A DNA stretch of 64,000 nucleotides from a virus. Of the stretch, positions 1-12,300 are shown piece by piece. The notes beneath the pieces are model-generated. The model was not told the DNA's origin and searched no databases. It worked only from the letters and a program-made list of their open reading frames with translations. Each line of letters opens with the position of its first letter. Within the stretch, counting starts at the first letter, position 1. The DNA lies in the IMG/VR virus record IMGVR_UViG_3300042564_000781, positions 1 to 64,000 of that record; one strand, 5' to 3'. Made by a program: the position numbers and the translations under genes.

Positions 1-364
1 CAGTATAGTTTGTGCCCGTTACATGTCGAGTTTCGATCTTGTTTCTTACAGGATCTAAATTGGTCACTGAGCGATCATCTATTACTTTGCTGTAGGTTTC
101 ACTGTATAATGTAGCACTTGTACCTGTTGAATTTGGCGTTAAGTAGGTAATAATGCCTGTAGGGTCTACAGTTGTGCCACCGTTGCCAAAGGCAATTTCA
201 TAGATAAATCCTTGCCCAGCGTTAGCAATACTCTCTGCCAACGCAACGCTCATATTTTCGTAGTGTATAGCATTACGTTTATTAATGAAAACCTCTTGGG
301 TTTTAGGGTCATAAATTTTAATATGTCCCTCTATGTGAATTCCTGATAAGTCTTTACCTTGCAT
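1..364 (-). CDS. Partial phage structural/tail-module protein (MQGKDLSGIHIEGHIKIYDPKTQEVFINKRNAIHYENMS...), runs off the window start
   Basis: Translated by hand: ATG at 364-362, open to the window edge. Preceded by GATAAATA (392-385, minus). Missing from the ORF track because it is truncated. Confidence 0.8.
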   Translation of the reverse strand, partial: MQGKDLSGIHIEGHIKIYDPKTQEVFINKRNAIHYENMSVALAESIANAGQGFIYEIAFGNGGTTVDPTGIITYLTPNSTGTSATLYSETYSKVIDDRSVTNLDPVRNKIETRHVTGTNYT

Positions 365-387
365 ATTGATCTCTCATTGTTTATTAT

Positions 388-3300
388 TTATCGTGGCCAA
401 ACAGTTGTGTTTTCCTTCAAGAAATTAGCAATCTTATTATTAGATCTTGCTAAACTCTTACCTGGATCGTTCCACAATGTTAACTCTTTCTTGACAATAA
501 CCACCTTAGTGCCTTCGGCAGCAGCAGTTGTTAATGTAATTCCGTTAGTAGTTCCGTCTACACTAAACTCTGCAGGGAATGTGCTGTCGCCTTCGTCGCT
601 GTAAGGATAACCATTTGTTTCTTCAAACAAATCGTAATCTACTTTTTTCAACTTGTATCCATTGACAAAAACGTCAACTTCGTTTTCATTGGCAGGAATG
701 TACTGTAAGGTACCTAAGTTTGTAGTAACTCCATTGCTAATAATAGTATCGATAATAATTTTATCAGTATATGGGATTGTTTCTGTAGGGCCAATATCTT
801 GCACTGATTGTCCTGCTAGATGTACTAGCGGAGTTCCTGTTCCTAATGTGCCTCGGCGTAATTGTCCTAGTACATTGCCAACTTTAGTAAAGTACTCAAT
901 ACGTTCCCCGTTAATCTCAATAATACCCGGCAAGTTTAATGCTGGATTAGGTAACGAGAATACTGATCCGTCTGCTACTGTAATTTCAATATCTGATTGT
1001 GTTAGATTACTTGCTAGTACAGATGCTTTTTCTGCACGTAAACGTTTGTAATGTACACGATTTAGCATATCTTTAAATTGCATGAAACCAAATGTACTAC
1101 GAACCGTTTGATCAGAGAACAACATTACCTGTACTACATCAGTAGACTCTAAAGATTCTTTTAATCTAACAGTAATCCGATCATCATCAACAGCATAATC
1201 AACACTGTGCGTTAATAGTGTGCCATTTTTAATAATCCAAACAAAATCGTCAGACACTGCGGAACGACGTAGTGTAAAATATCCACCTAACTTATTTGTA
1301 AATTCATAGTAATCAGTTGTACCAGGAGTTAGTGTAGTTGACGGAATCATTATATCAGTAGTTCTGTCTATATCTAATAACATGTGATTGTAGAATGAAA
1401 TTATTTCAATGTTAGTACTTGCTGGATATACTGTAGAAAACTCAATAGTTCCTGCATCAGTTATTGCATAATCAAAATCTACGTTAATTACCACTGCTAA
1501 CTTAGCACCCTCTATGTATGACGATTGAGAAAGCTCAATTGTGATTCCTAATAAATCAACAATATATCCCACTCCAGGTGTTAGTGCATTAGAATCAGAG
1601 TATACTCGAATATCATTAGAGCTAATCGAATAAGTAGCAAATTTATGTGCAGGAATTGTATAAGATAACACATCATCGGCCATAGTAAAGTATATTACAG
1701 TCGACGGACGTAATATTTCTTGACCTTTACGTACAATAACATTTGTTTCGTAAGGTTGTAACTTGTTTCCTGGTAATACTTCAGAATTTAAATTATCTAA
1801 ATTGTAAATTGTAGCAGTTCCATTAGTAGTGATCATCTGACTCTTTACTACACTAGCAGTTTGCACAGTAGTTCCACTATCTATCATATAGTTAATAAGT
1901 GAGTCAGCTTCAACTGATGAACTAAATCGTATAGCAACTCTATCAGGACTGTCATATGTATTATCAGTTCTAAATAATTCATACGTGGGTACAATGCCAT
2001 TAACTAATACCGTCGAAGTTAGTTCACCTTCGATCCACGGAGCGCGGGTAACATATTCAGTAGTAGTACCGTCAGCAATGAAATGGTCCAAATCTAATAT
2101 GTTTTCACTATTAAAGCCTACGCTAATTATGCTAACTATAGAATCAACCAACGGCGCAGTGTCAAATATTACTGAGTTTGATGCCCAATCAATAGTATAT
2201 GCAGTTTGTTCAATTATTGCGTTTCCAACTTTAACAATTACTGCTCGATCAGTGGCAAAATATTGACCTATAATAAATGTATCAGTAACACCATTGCCTA
2301 CATAGTTTTTAAATAAGATGTTTGGGGCACCACCTTCTGGCCTATGATATACTTTAATAGCTAGTGCATCTGTTATATGGCCAGGAACAATCTCTTCTGG
2401 AGCATGACTAGTTGCAGGTGTAACAAAATCGTCGCCGTCAATGTTAATATCTGCCGGAGCGTATCCGGTTGCCGTTGTTAGTACTGAGCCGTTGAAAGCG
2501 CCACCTTGTAATTGTGTATCATAATCATTAGGTCTCGGAAGGATACTTCCGTCACTAGTACTCTTACGGAATATAACTTTGTCCTTATCGTTAATAGTTA
2601 AATTAGCACTAGGTAATGTAAATATTTCTGTTGTTCCGTCTCCGGGAATAGAAATCATTATTGCATCAGCATTAACGATTGTACCCTTTTCCCATTCAGA
2701 AGCCAAGAATGTTACAGACGAAGTTGCTACGTTAGACACATAATAATAGTCTTCATAAACTACTCGTGTTCCTACAATATATGCATATCCGCTTACCCAG
2801 TCGGGTGTACCATAATATAAATCATCAAGTCTAGTAGGAGCACCGTATGTGTATCCATATACAGTTCCGCCGGTGCCTAATACAACAGCCCTATCTAATG
2901 TTATTGAAAAAGTATCTTCAGAAATTACTTGACGAATTCGATATGTGCCAATGTAGTTTCCAGCTGTCACTCCTGCTATAGTAATAAACATATCAGCTGT
3001 AAATCCGTGTGGAGTAGCTGTAGTAATCCAAACAGACGTATCACTTAATGCAGATTCAGTTGCTGAACTAATATTAACAGTTGCAGTTGGGTTGTATCTA
3101 GAAATATAAACATTTAATAATTCTCCAACATTAGGAGCATAATTTAAATCATATGTATAGTCTCCTGCTCCTGCTGTGAATATTCTATCGTCATACGTTG
3201 GATCAAACCCGTCCCACTCATCCGTAAACCACGGAAGGGCGTCCCAACCACCAGTTGCTCCAAACCCGAGCCCTTGTAGTTGTACACCGTTATAGTCAAT

Positions 3301-6300
3301 CCCGTTCATTAGTTGAGCTAGATCTTTACCTAACATTCCACTCGTTGGCTCGTAGAAGAAATTAATTCTGTCAGCTGCCGACATATGCTCAAAGTTTTTC
3401 TCATAGGTAATTCTAATTGTTTCTCCCACGGTAGGTGCAGTATCTAGTGTTAACAATCCAGAATAACTTGTATATCCTTTGCTGGTAGATTTTTTAGTCG
3501 ATAACGTATATTCGCCACGTAAAATATCAATGCCAGTAACTCCGGGGGTGTCAGGATTTATTCCTGACGGGTATAACTTAATAGAGGCTGATCCTATTTC
3601 TATTCTTGGACTCCACTTTAACGCAAATTGTACACGTGAACCTGTGCCAAGTAATGTTTCAGTCTCAGTTTTTTCACTAATATAATAGTCTCTAGTTATT
3701 CTATCAAACTTAATAGCAATCTTATTTGCTCTAACTACTTCACTTTCAATAATTGCAATTGCAGTTGCTGCGGTGCCTGTCTCAGATAGTCCGCCATCTA
3801 GTGTAATAGTAGGTGCTTTAAGATAACGTGTACCCCCAGATATTAAATCAATCCTATTAACTTTGCCATTGGAAATATATGCTTTTGCAGATGCTCCTGT
3901 GCCAAATCCGCCTTCTATTTTAACTACCGGTTGATTAATATATCCATTGCCGCCGTTAAATATTTCTACAGACTGAATAGTAAATCCCACATGATCATTC
4001 CAGTGCTTCCACGGATATGTTAAAATGTCGCTTGATGATGCATCAATAGTGCCATTATTAGTAACTGTTACATTCATAGGGGTAACTGTTAGATTTTCAG
4101 TAACTAACGGAATTAAGTCAAAATCAGTTGTTGATTGTCTAGCATAATCTGTTTTATTATAAGAGCTAACATACTCTCTAATTTTTGTTCTATAAGGTTT
4201 TACTTCATTAATATAGTCTTCAAAATTAGACAAATTATCATTATTATATGTAACTTTTTCTTTTAACTCGCCTACATTATGAGTTGCTTTTACAAAGCTA
4301 GTCTTAAATGCCCAGTCAATAAAAATTTGCTCGTGCATTACATAACGCAGACTTGAAAAGAATAATTTTAAATACTCAACTCGAAGATCATCAACAAGAA
4401 TTTTATCTTTAATAGAATTAATAATAATTCTCAATTCAGCTGCTGCATAATTATCATATAAAGAAGCATCAAATAATTGATTATCAAATCCTACAGATGA
4501 GTTAACAAATGTATAAATGCTACTTGCAAATTGTATAGTTCCGGCCTGTCTACCAACAACTTTATAATTTTGTGTATAATCGATTGTTGTTAAATTATTG
4601 TATTTTTCTAATAATAGCCAGCCCCCGCTACCAATATTTTTTACCTTAACTATACTGCCATTGTTTGCAGACAATGTTACAAGATAGTATGTATTGTCAA
4701 CCAGATAATCAATTTTTGTAAACTGCGTATATCCTGTAGCATACCAATCAGCATAGTTCCAGAATTTTGTCACGTCATATGATTGGCTTCTTATACGATT
4801 CCAACTATTGTCTCTAGCAGTCCACTCATAGATACTCCATTTATCAAATGAACTAGTATCACTAGATACTAACACCGCATGAGGTCTTACTATTAACATA
4901 GTCTCGCTAAAATAGCCGCGGCCAGCGTTTTGTATAGTAACACTGACAATTCTACCAGCAGTATCTAATACTGGAAGTAGTACTGCTCCGATCCCCGAAC
5001 TTACAATTTTAATAAGTGGGGGATTTTTGTATCCATATCCTGGATTATCTATCAATATATCAGTTATAATTCCATTTTCAGTTACCGCAGTTAGTGCTGC
5101 TTGAACTAATGATGCAGTTCCGATAAATCGTAACTCAGTGTCGAAGTCAATAACAGTGTCCCACAATCCCGAAACTGTCGACGGGGCAGGTTCAGATAAC
5201 ATTAGACCACTTATATCAAAGTCATCAACAATTAAATTTTCCATTAGTATAGCATTAACTCTTTCTATATATTGTTTTAATGCTTCAACTCTATTAACAA
5301 ACATTCCCTGACGAGGTCTAAATTCTATTCCGTAACGATTTTTTACTGGAAGATTAGTATCAGGAATAACTCGATCGTTACTGTCTTTTCCAATTAAACT
5401 GTCTATCCATTTGTTTTCAATATTTTTAGGAATAGTTGTGTTCGGGTGTTCGCTTATAATTTTCCATTGACTGTGCATGTTAATGTCATGATTATCTATT
5501 AACCATGTCTGGAAGTTTAATACTATATCAGTACCTTCCAACAAATTAGCAAAATTGACTAAACTAAAACTATTTGCACCAGTGGGGGCAACACATGTGT
5601 ATCCGTATCCTATAGGATCAGATATTAGACTAGATATCTTTTCTGCTGATATTGTTCTACTAACAGAATTAGGTGTTATTTTTTTATTCTTGACCCAGAA
5701 ATAATATGTAGGAATTAATTTTTGACCAACAGTATCATATTTGTTTTTAATACTGTAGACAGTATCTCCATAAAGACTCGTACCGCTTATACCTGCGGCC
5801 AGGCCTTTAGTAGTATCAGCTAACTTGTCCCATTCGCTTGGTAGATATTTTGTTTCGACCCATTCGTAAATGTCAATGCTGGCAGTTTTATATAACTTGT
5901 TCCATGTAGTTGATCTATATACTACTTCACCGCCTTGATTGTCCATAAACTTAGCACGAGTTAAATTCCACCATAACATGCCTACTTGAGCAGTAGTCCA
6001 ATTTAAACCGCTATCAACGTTAACTGAACTAGTGCCTACAGAGTAAGTTGCTGGGTCAAAATATGTCTTGTATCGAATTTCTTGATCGGCCAATCCAGGA
6101 ATTTTTCCCTGTATTGGGTCAACTACGTCAAGGTATGATACAATAGTATTAGTTATTTTATTATATAGATATGCTTTTTTAACACTAGAGATATTTGGTC
6201 TCGGCTGTTCATACACTTTTAAAGTCCACGATTTTAACAACGGTGGTTTAACATATGAGAATACTGCTCCGGCAGAGCTGTTAAAATTAGGCGCTCCAAC

Positions 6301-9300
6301 TAAAATTGTATTATTACCTGCAGTGATTGATGCTCCGTAACTGACAGCAGTTGAGGTAACGCTTTCACCGTATAGAAATTTAGTACCGTAAAGATCATAA
6401 ATGTCAACTCGACTATCACCTGTAGCAAATACTACTAATGTAGTATCGTTGTTAGTAAACTGTACCGTTGTGCCAAATTGGTCGCCTATATCTTTAGTTA
6501 AACTTGTAATTGTTTGATACGGTGTGCTAGTATTGTCAGTATCGTATATGTAGACCGTGCCAATGTCACTACCAATGGCAATGTACTGAGAAGATTGAGC
6601 TATTGAAATACTTTCACCAAATCTGTCACTTGTTGCAGTGCCGGTAAATGTAGTCGACAATACATAGTTGCCCAACGTTAGAGTATATAATTTTACTTGA
6701 CCTTTATCTGAAACAGCACTTGGTACCGCTGCGGCAAACATGTTACCTGTTGCAGATATTGTAATATTTTCAACATCCGTTATTACTAACGGATTTACAT
6801 AATTAGACCAACTACTTGTTCCGGTAGCTTGATAAAAATATACAGCATCGGTTGCTGATACTGCTAGTATATAAGTATTATCTAATTTAGCAAATGCTAA
6901 CTTAGTTCCAAACAATTCATCAGCACTTGCATTCTGACTTATAATAGAATTAACAAAAGTATATCTATTACCTGCTGCTTTGTAATACAAAGAAACATAA
7001 CCTTGATTGGCATATCCGCTACTGTCAACATTACTTGCAGACGGGGACGCAATAGCTAACCACTTACCGTCTGCTGACAATGCAGTTTCAGCGCCAAATT
7101 CTTGACCGGCAACATCAGCTATAGACGGGTCAATTACGAGTGAATGAGTTTGAATCCATTTATATAATTGCGTAGTATTAGCATTGTATGTCGCTGAAAT
7201 GTTCTGTCTTTCTAATATAATTACCTGGTCAGCATCTGTAACAACTGCGGTGGTACCAACTTGAGATACTGTTACTTTTTTACCAAAGTTTAATCCAGTA
7301 AGATCAGGAATAGTACTAAGATCTATATTAAAAGAATTATATACTGAGTTATTTTCATAAACTCCCCAAGTGCCGTTACCAGAATCTTTAGTCCATAGTA
7401 ATTCATTAGGTTTAATACTAGTTGGCAAATTATCGTTTGCATTATCGATTGTATCAAACAAACAAGGAACAAACTGATACAATACTATTCCTGGTGGTTC
7501 TGGTAACGGTTCCCAACCTGTTGCTACTGTGCGAATAACAATCTTCCGCGGTGTTGAAGCGTCTGGCGTTCCGCCAACTCGTTCTATACCAACTGAGTAC
7601 ACTGTGTAAAATCCATCTTTTGGAATAGCAACATTTGTAAGACCTACTATGTCGCCAACAATTACGTTAGGGATTGTATTACAGGTAAGAACTACCTCTC
7701 CAAGTTTACTAGTAGAATTATAAAAGTATTCTGCTTTAGTTACAGTGAATAAACTTTGAGTAAATCTGTATACATTCCACTTTTCGCTAAAGCTATTTAA
7801 TTTATTTTCAAATGCGCACCATACATAATCACCTTCAGTAAAGGTACTAATATCATTTTGTAATGCATCGGCTAATGTGTCAACACTTAGCAATACATCT
7901 TCATATCTAACAAATCCAGGAGTACGCAGATACTGTTTAGTGCCTGTTACTGACCATATATCGTTATTATATCCTAACGGTTTAATGTACACATCCAACG
8001 GACGTTGTCTGTAGATAAAATCAACTACTGTGGAATCAACAGTTGATACTAGCTCTACAGGTTGAGGATTTATTTTAAATTGTGATTCATCTAAAATAAA
8101 TTCAGTTTCATTGAACGCAGTAACAGCGCCGTATGATCCCACACGGACTGCCCATTCTTCATTGAATGTCAAACTCTCTACGCCATCAGCACTTAGCACA
8201 TCAAATAATTTATTGAGAACATTTTGTGTGCCTTTTTCAATAATCATACCTTGATAGAATTTATATTGACTCACATCGTCTTTGATAATATTTTCAAGGT
8301 ACTGACGTTTCTGATATCCAATTAAATGCTGTGCAAATTTCTGTTGCTCTGCATCAAAATTATCAGTATCAAGGTCGTAGAAATCAGTAAACTGTTCTGA
8401 TCGATAGTCCCAGTTAGCTGACATTTTTGCTGTAGGTTTTTCAGCAAGTAAGGACCAGTCTGCGGCATTGAACTTTTGTACACCTGGCAAAGTTGATAGT
8501 GCAGAATAATAAAATTCTTTATACTTTACAATGTCACCTAGTTTATAATCAGTCCATGGTGTCCAGTCATATATTCTAGCTTGATCAAAAATAAATCCTG
8601 GGATGTTAAAACCGCCCTTCCAACCTTGGCTGAGATATCCAATAACTTTAATACGTTCCTGACGATATCCGGGTTCAAGGTCATAGATAACATCATTAAA
8701 CAATGTTCTATTGTCTAAGATCATCACATGTTCTTTTTGTATCAGATAAAATACAGCGCCATATATTCCATGGGTAGTACTTGTAGGAGTTAGTGAGAAT
8801 GAATTCTCATCATCATTTCGATAGGTATTAGTAAACTCAGGTTCTAATTTTTGTCCGTCTACTCTAAATATCTTATATCCATAAAACGGATCTAGTAGAT
8901 CGTTAACCACACTGTTATTAGTAGATAGAGTTATTCTATTTGCTGCTGGGCTTACAGAAAGTACTGCTCCGGCTCCCCAATTCTGAGTTGTCCAAAACAT
9001 AAATTCTTTTACTGCGGTTTCCCAGTTGGTAATAGCTTTTAATGTAGTGTTAAAGTCATCAAATACAAATCCTTGATTTGATAGGTATGCGCCGTAGCCT
9101 TGCAAGAAATCTACTACTTCTTGGACAGTTGCTAACTTTGTTCCGTATCCTAAGGTCAATGTTAGGGTAGTATCCCATGACTTCCTAATGTTAGCATCAC
9201 GGCCGCCGCTAACAGGCAATTCTGCAAGTCTAGAAAATAATGCAGCGTCAAACGTATCTGTAGAGGTATGTGTAACATTTACTCGATAATATCGATTACC

Positions 9301-12300
9301 GTAATAAACAATACCGCCGGCAACATAACGTTTACCAGCTGTCCATACAATATAACTTTCTGATATTCCGCCAACGTTGATAGTTCTAGCAGATTCTAAC
9401 CACGGGTAGTAATTAAAATACGGTTGCTCGTTATAATATCCAGTGATTTCAAAACCATCAACATGTTTGGTAATAACTACTCCGCTGTATACTACTTTTT
9501 TAACTGCTGACGAGGTGTTTAAGAAAACAGTATAATTTTCTTCAGGAATAAAAATACTACCAGTACTAGTGGGACTCTTACTATCTAATAATAACTTAAA
9601 TTTATTCTTTGCAGTAAATCCGCCTAACTTAACTCCGAGATTGTTAGTTAGTGTATCTAAATCAGTCTGGTACTGGCTAATCAACACGGTTGTATCATTA
9701 GTCAAATAGTCAATGATGTAGTTGATCAATCCCGATGTTGAAACTCGTTGGGTACTTGCAGAAGTTGATGGTAATACAATATCAGCAAGCCTAATACGTA
9801 AACCAGTTTCAGAATAGACTAATTGATTACTAAGATTGCGTACAATACGGCTTCTATCTAAACATGTTCCCAGAACTCGATTAGGTTGCATTAGTAATGC
9901 TGCTTGGATAATTGCAAAAGGATAATGTCCCGAGCGGCGCCATGCAGACTCAACTGGGCCAACGTCGCCGAATGTATAATAACCTTCTGCAGTTGGTTTA
10001 ATGGGACCGTTTACAAAATTAGCGTTGACTGGGTCTTGCAAGTCGCCATTCTCGTCCACAGGCACTCCGTGAGCTAGGATAGACTTTGCAAATTTTTCCA
10101 AACGTCTAATAGGCTGGCCAGGTTCTCTAACTATACCTTGACGAAGGTCATCCCACATGATTAAATTGTCACTGGTGTAAGGTACTGGTCCGTAGACTTC
10201 TTGCCACCACGCTGGTGGTAGACTAAATCCTAAACATTCCCATGGGTGTGTATGTGGGCGGTCAGTATCTAATAACCAACGATATATACCTCTCCAGTAC
10301 GCTGGAACAGGATATCCATTAGGGGAATAATTTCCGCGGTAGTTAAACGTAAATGGATCTAATCTGTTCCACCATTCAACGTTCTGTTTAGTAAAATCTT
10401 GTCCAACATTGCTGGTCCATTGATAAAAGAATGTGCCAAGGATAGCTTCGTATTCGTCTTTTGAATATACAGTTGGTCTATCATATCCTGGAATGTAATC
10501 ATAGATATTAAATATATTAGGATTATATTGTACTTTGATATTGTTGAAAATACGCTTTTCTAATTCTAAGATTAGGTCATCGCGATAGTCGCCAAATGCA
10601 ATAGTTATACTACCATCGTGTCCTTGAATAACTTCCGTTGGTTCAGCATAGGTAGTGTCTACAAATTTTGAAGGAACAAACTTAGGATATAGGCCTAGTT
10701 TAGTAGGGGTAGCAGGACAGAATGACCCGTCAGTACTTTCGTACTCTACTGCCATGATAATATCACCATCAGTAAGGTCAGTTAGTATTTCAAAGAATAC
10801 ATCTGTACCAAATATGTAATCTTGGCCTTCTACTAACTGCACATCATTTAGGTAAAGATTGACTGCTTTATTTGATAGGGCAGTTAAATTAAATGCCGTG
10901 TTTAATGGATATATTTTTGTACGAGCATCAAGTACTGTATATTCAAATATATTAGACGCGGCATATCCAAACATATCTGATAGGTAGTAAGGACGTGATG
11001 TAGATTTATCTTTTGCTAATTCTGCTAGTACATAGTCAACATGGCGTCTTGGATCTGTGTCGATTCCTGAACTAGTTGCTGTTACAATAAAGGCTCTTTT
11101 AAATTTACTGTAATCATCTCGTGCTTGTGCTAGTGCCTTAAACACATTTGCAGTTGGAGTGCCGAGGTGGTATAAACTTAAATTTACAGGGCCGGCATGT
11201 TGAATAAATCGTGTACCATAGGGTGTAACATTTCCTATATCTCGCAAATTGCTAGTGCCAGGATAAGTGCCAACAAACGTAGTAATATTATCAATTATAG
11301 TATCAACATGATCAATTACTTGGCCTAATGTAAATTCTGATAAATTATTGTTTAACGGATTGTTTTGTAAATTAACTGGAATTTCATAATATCCATTGTT
11401 ATTTTTTTGTTGTGCAGAAAAACATTTTAATGTAACTACATCGGTCAGTGCAACATTAGTTTCTAGTAATATATATTTTCTAACACTATTTTCAGTAATA
11501 GTATAATTAGACCTAGGCTGTCTCTTCCCGTTAATATATACTCTAACTTCTAAATCAGCTAGATTATCTACACTTGAATATACGTCAACTGGAAAATTAT
11601 TAACTAGTCCACTTTCTTTAAAAGTTCTAATAATAGGCTGTAAATTTGATATTAGTGTAGTCTTCCATCCGTTAACATACTCGAAAGTAGTTAACCCCGA
11701 AATTGATTTTAAAAATCCAACATCAGTAGTCTGTGTAATAATATCAACTACATTTTTATATTTAAAAGTATCAGACAGCAGATTAAACTCAAAAGCAATG
11801 TCACCGATATTGTTTATATTTTGATAGGATAATGGAAATCCTAATTCGGTATCATTTGATCCGGTCCCTACTTTATACGAAAATAATTTAGTACCTGCAA
11901 ATGTTGTACCGTCATAGTCTAATGCGTTTCCGTAGCTGTCGCGGTCGGCGGCAAATACGTCAAACAATGGAGGTTGGTTGACTAATGTTTTCGTCTGGCC
12001 AATTTTCCATGTAGTTCCGGTGTACCAGTACATTAGTCCTTGATTTATAATTCCTTGCTCTACTAATACAGTTTCATTTACTAATGGAATACTGTCATCA
12101 GCTTCAACTAAATTAATTTGTTTACGATATCCGGAAAACACTTCTAATTTGTGTACGTCCGATCCTGTTGCGAATATATCAGCAACTACTGTTAAATTCT
12201 TGTCAGTGTATAATTTTATTTGTGTAGTATTAAGTACGAGCACATAGTAGGCTTTTCTGTTGATCAACCCAGAAATATCTATATTACCATTATTGAGATA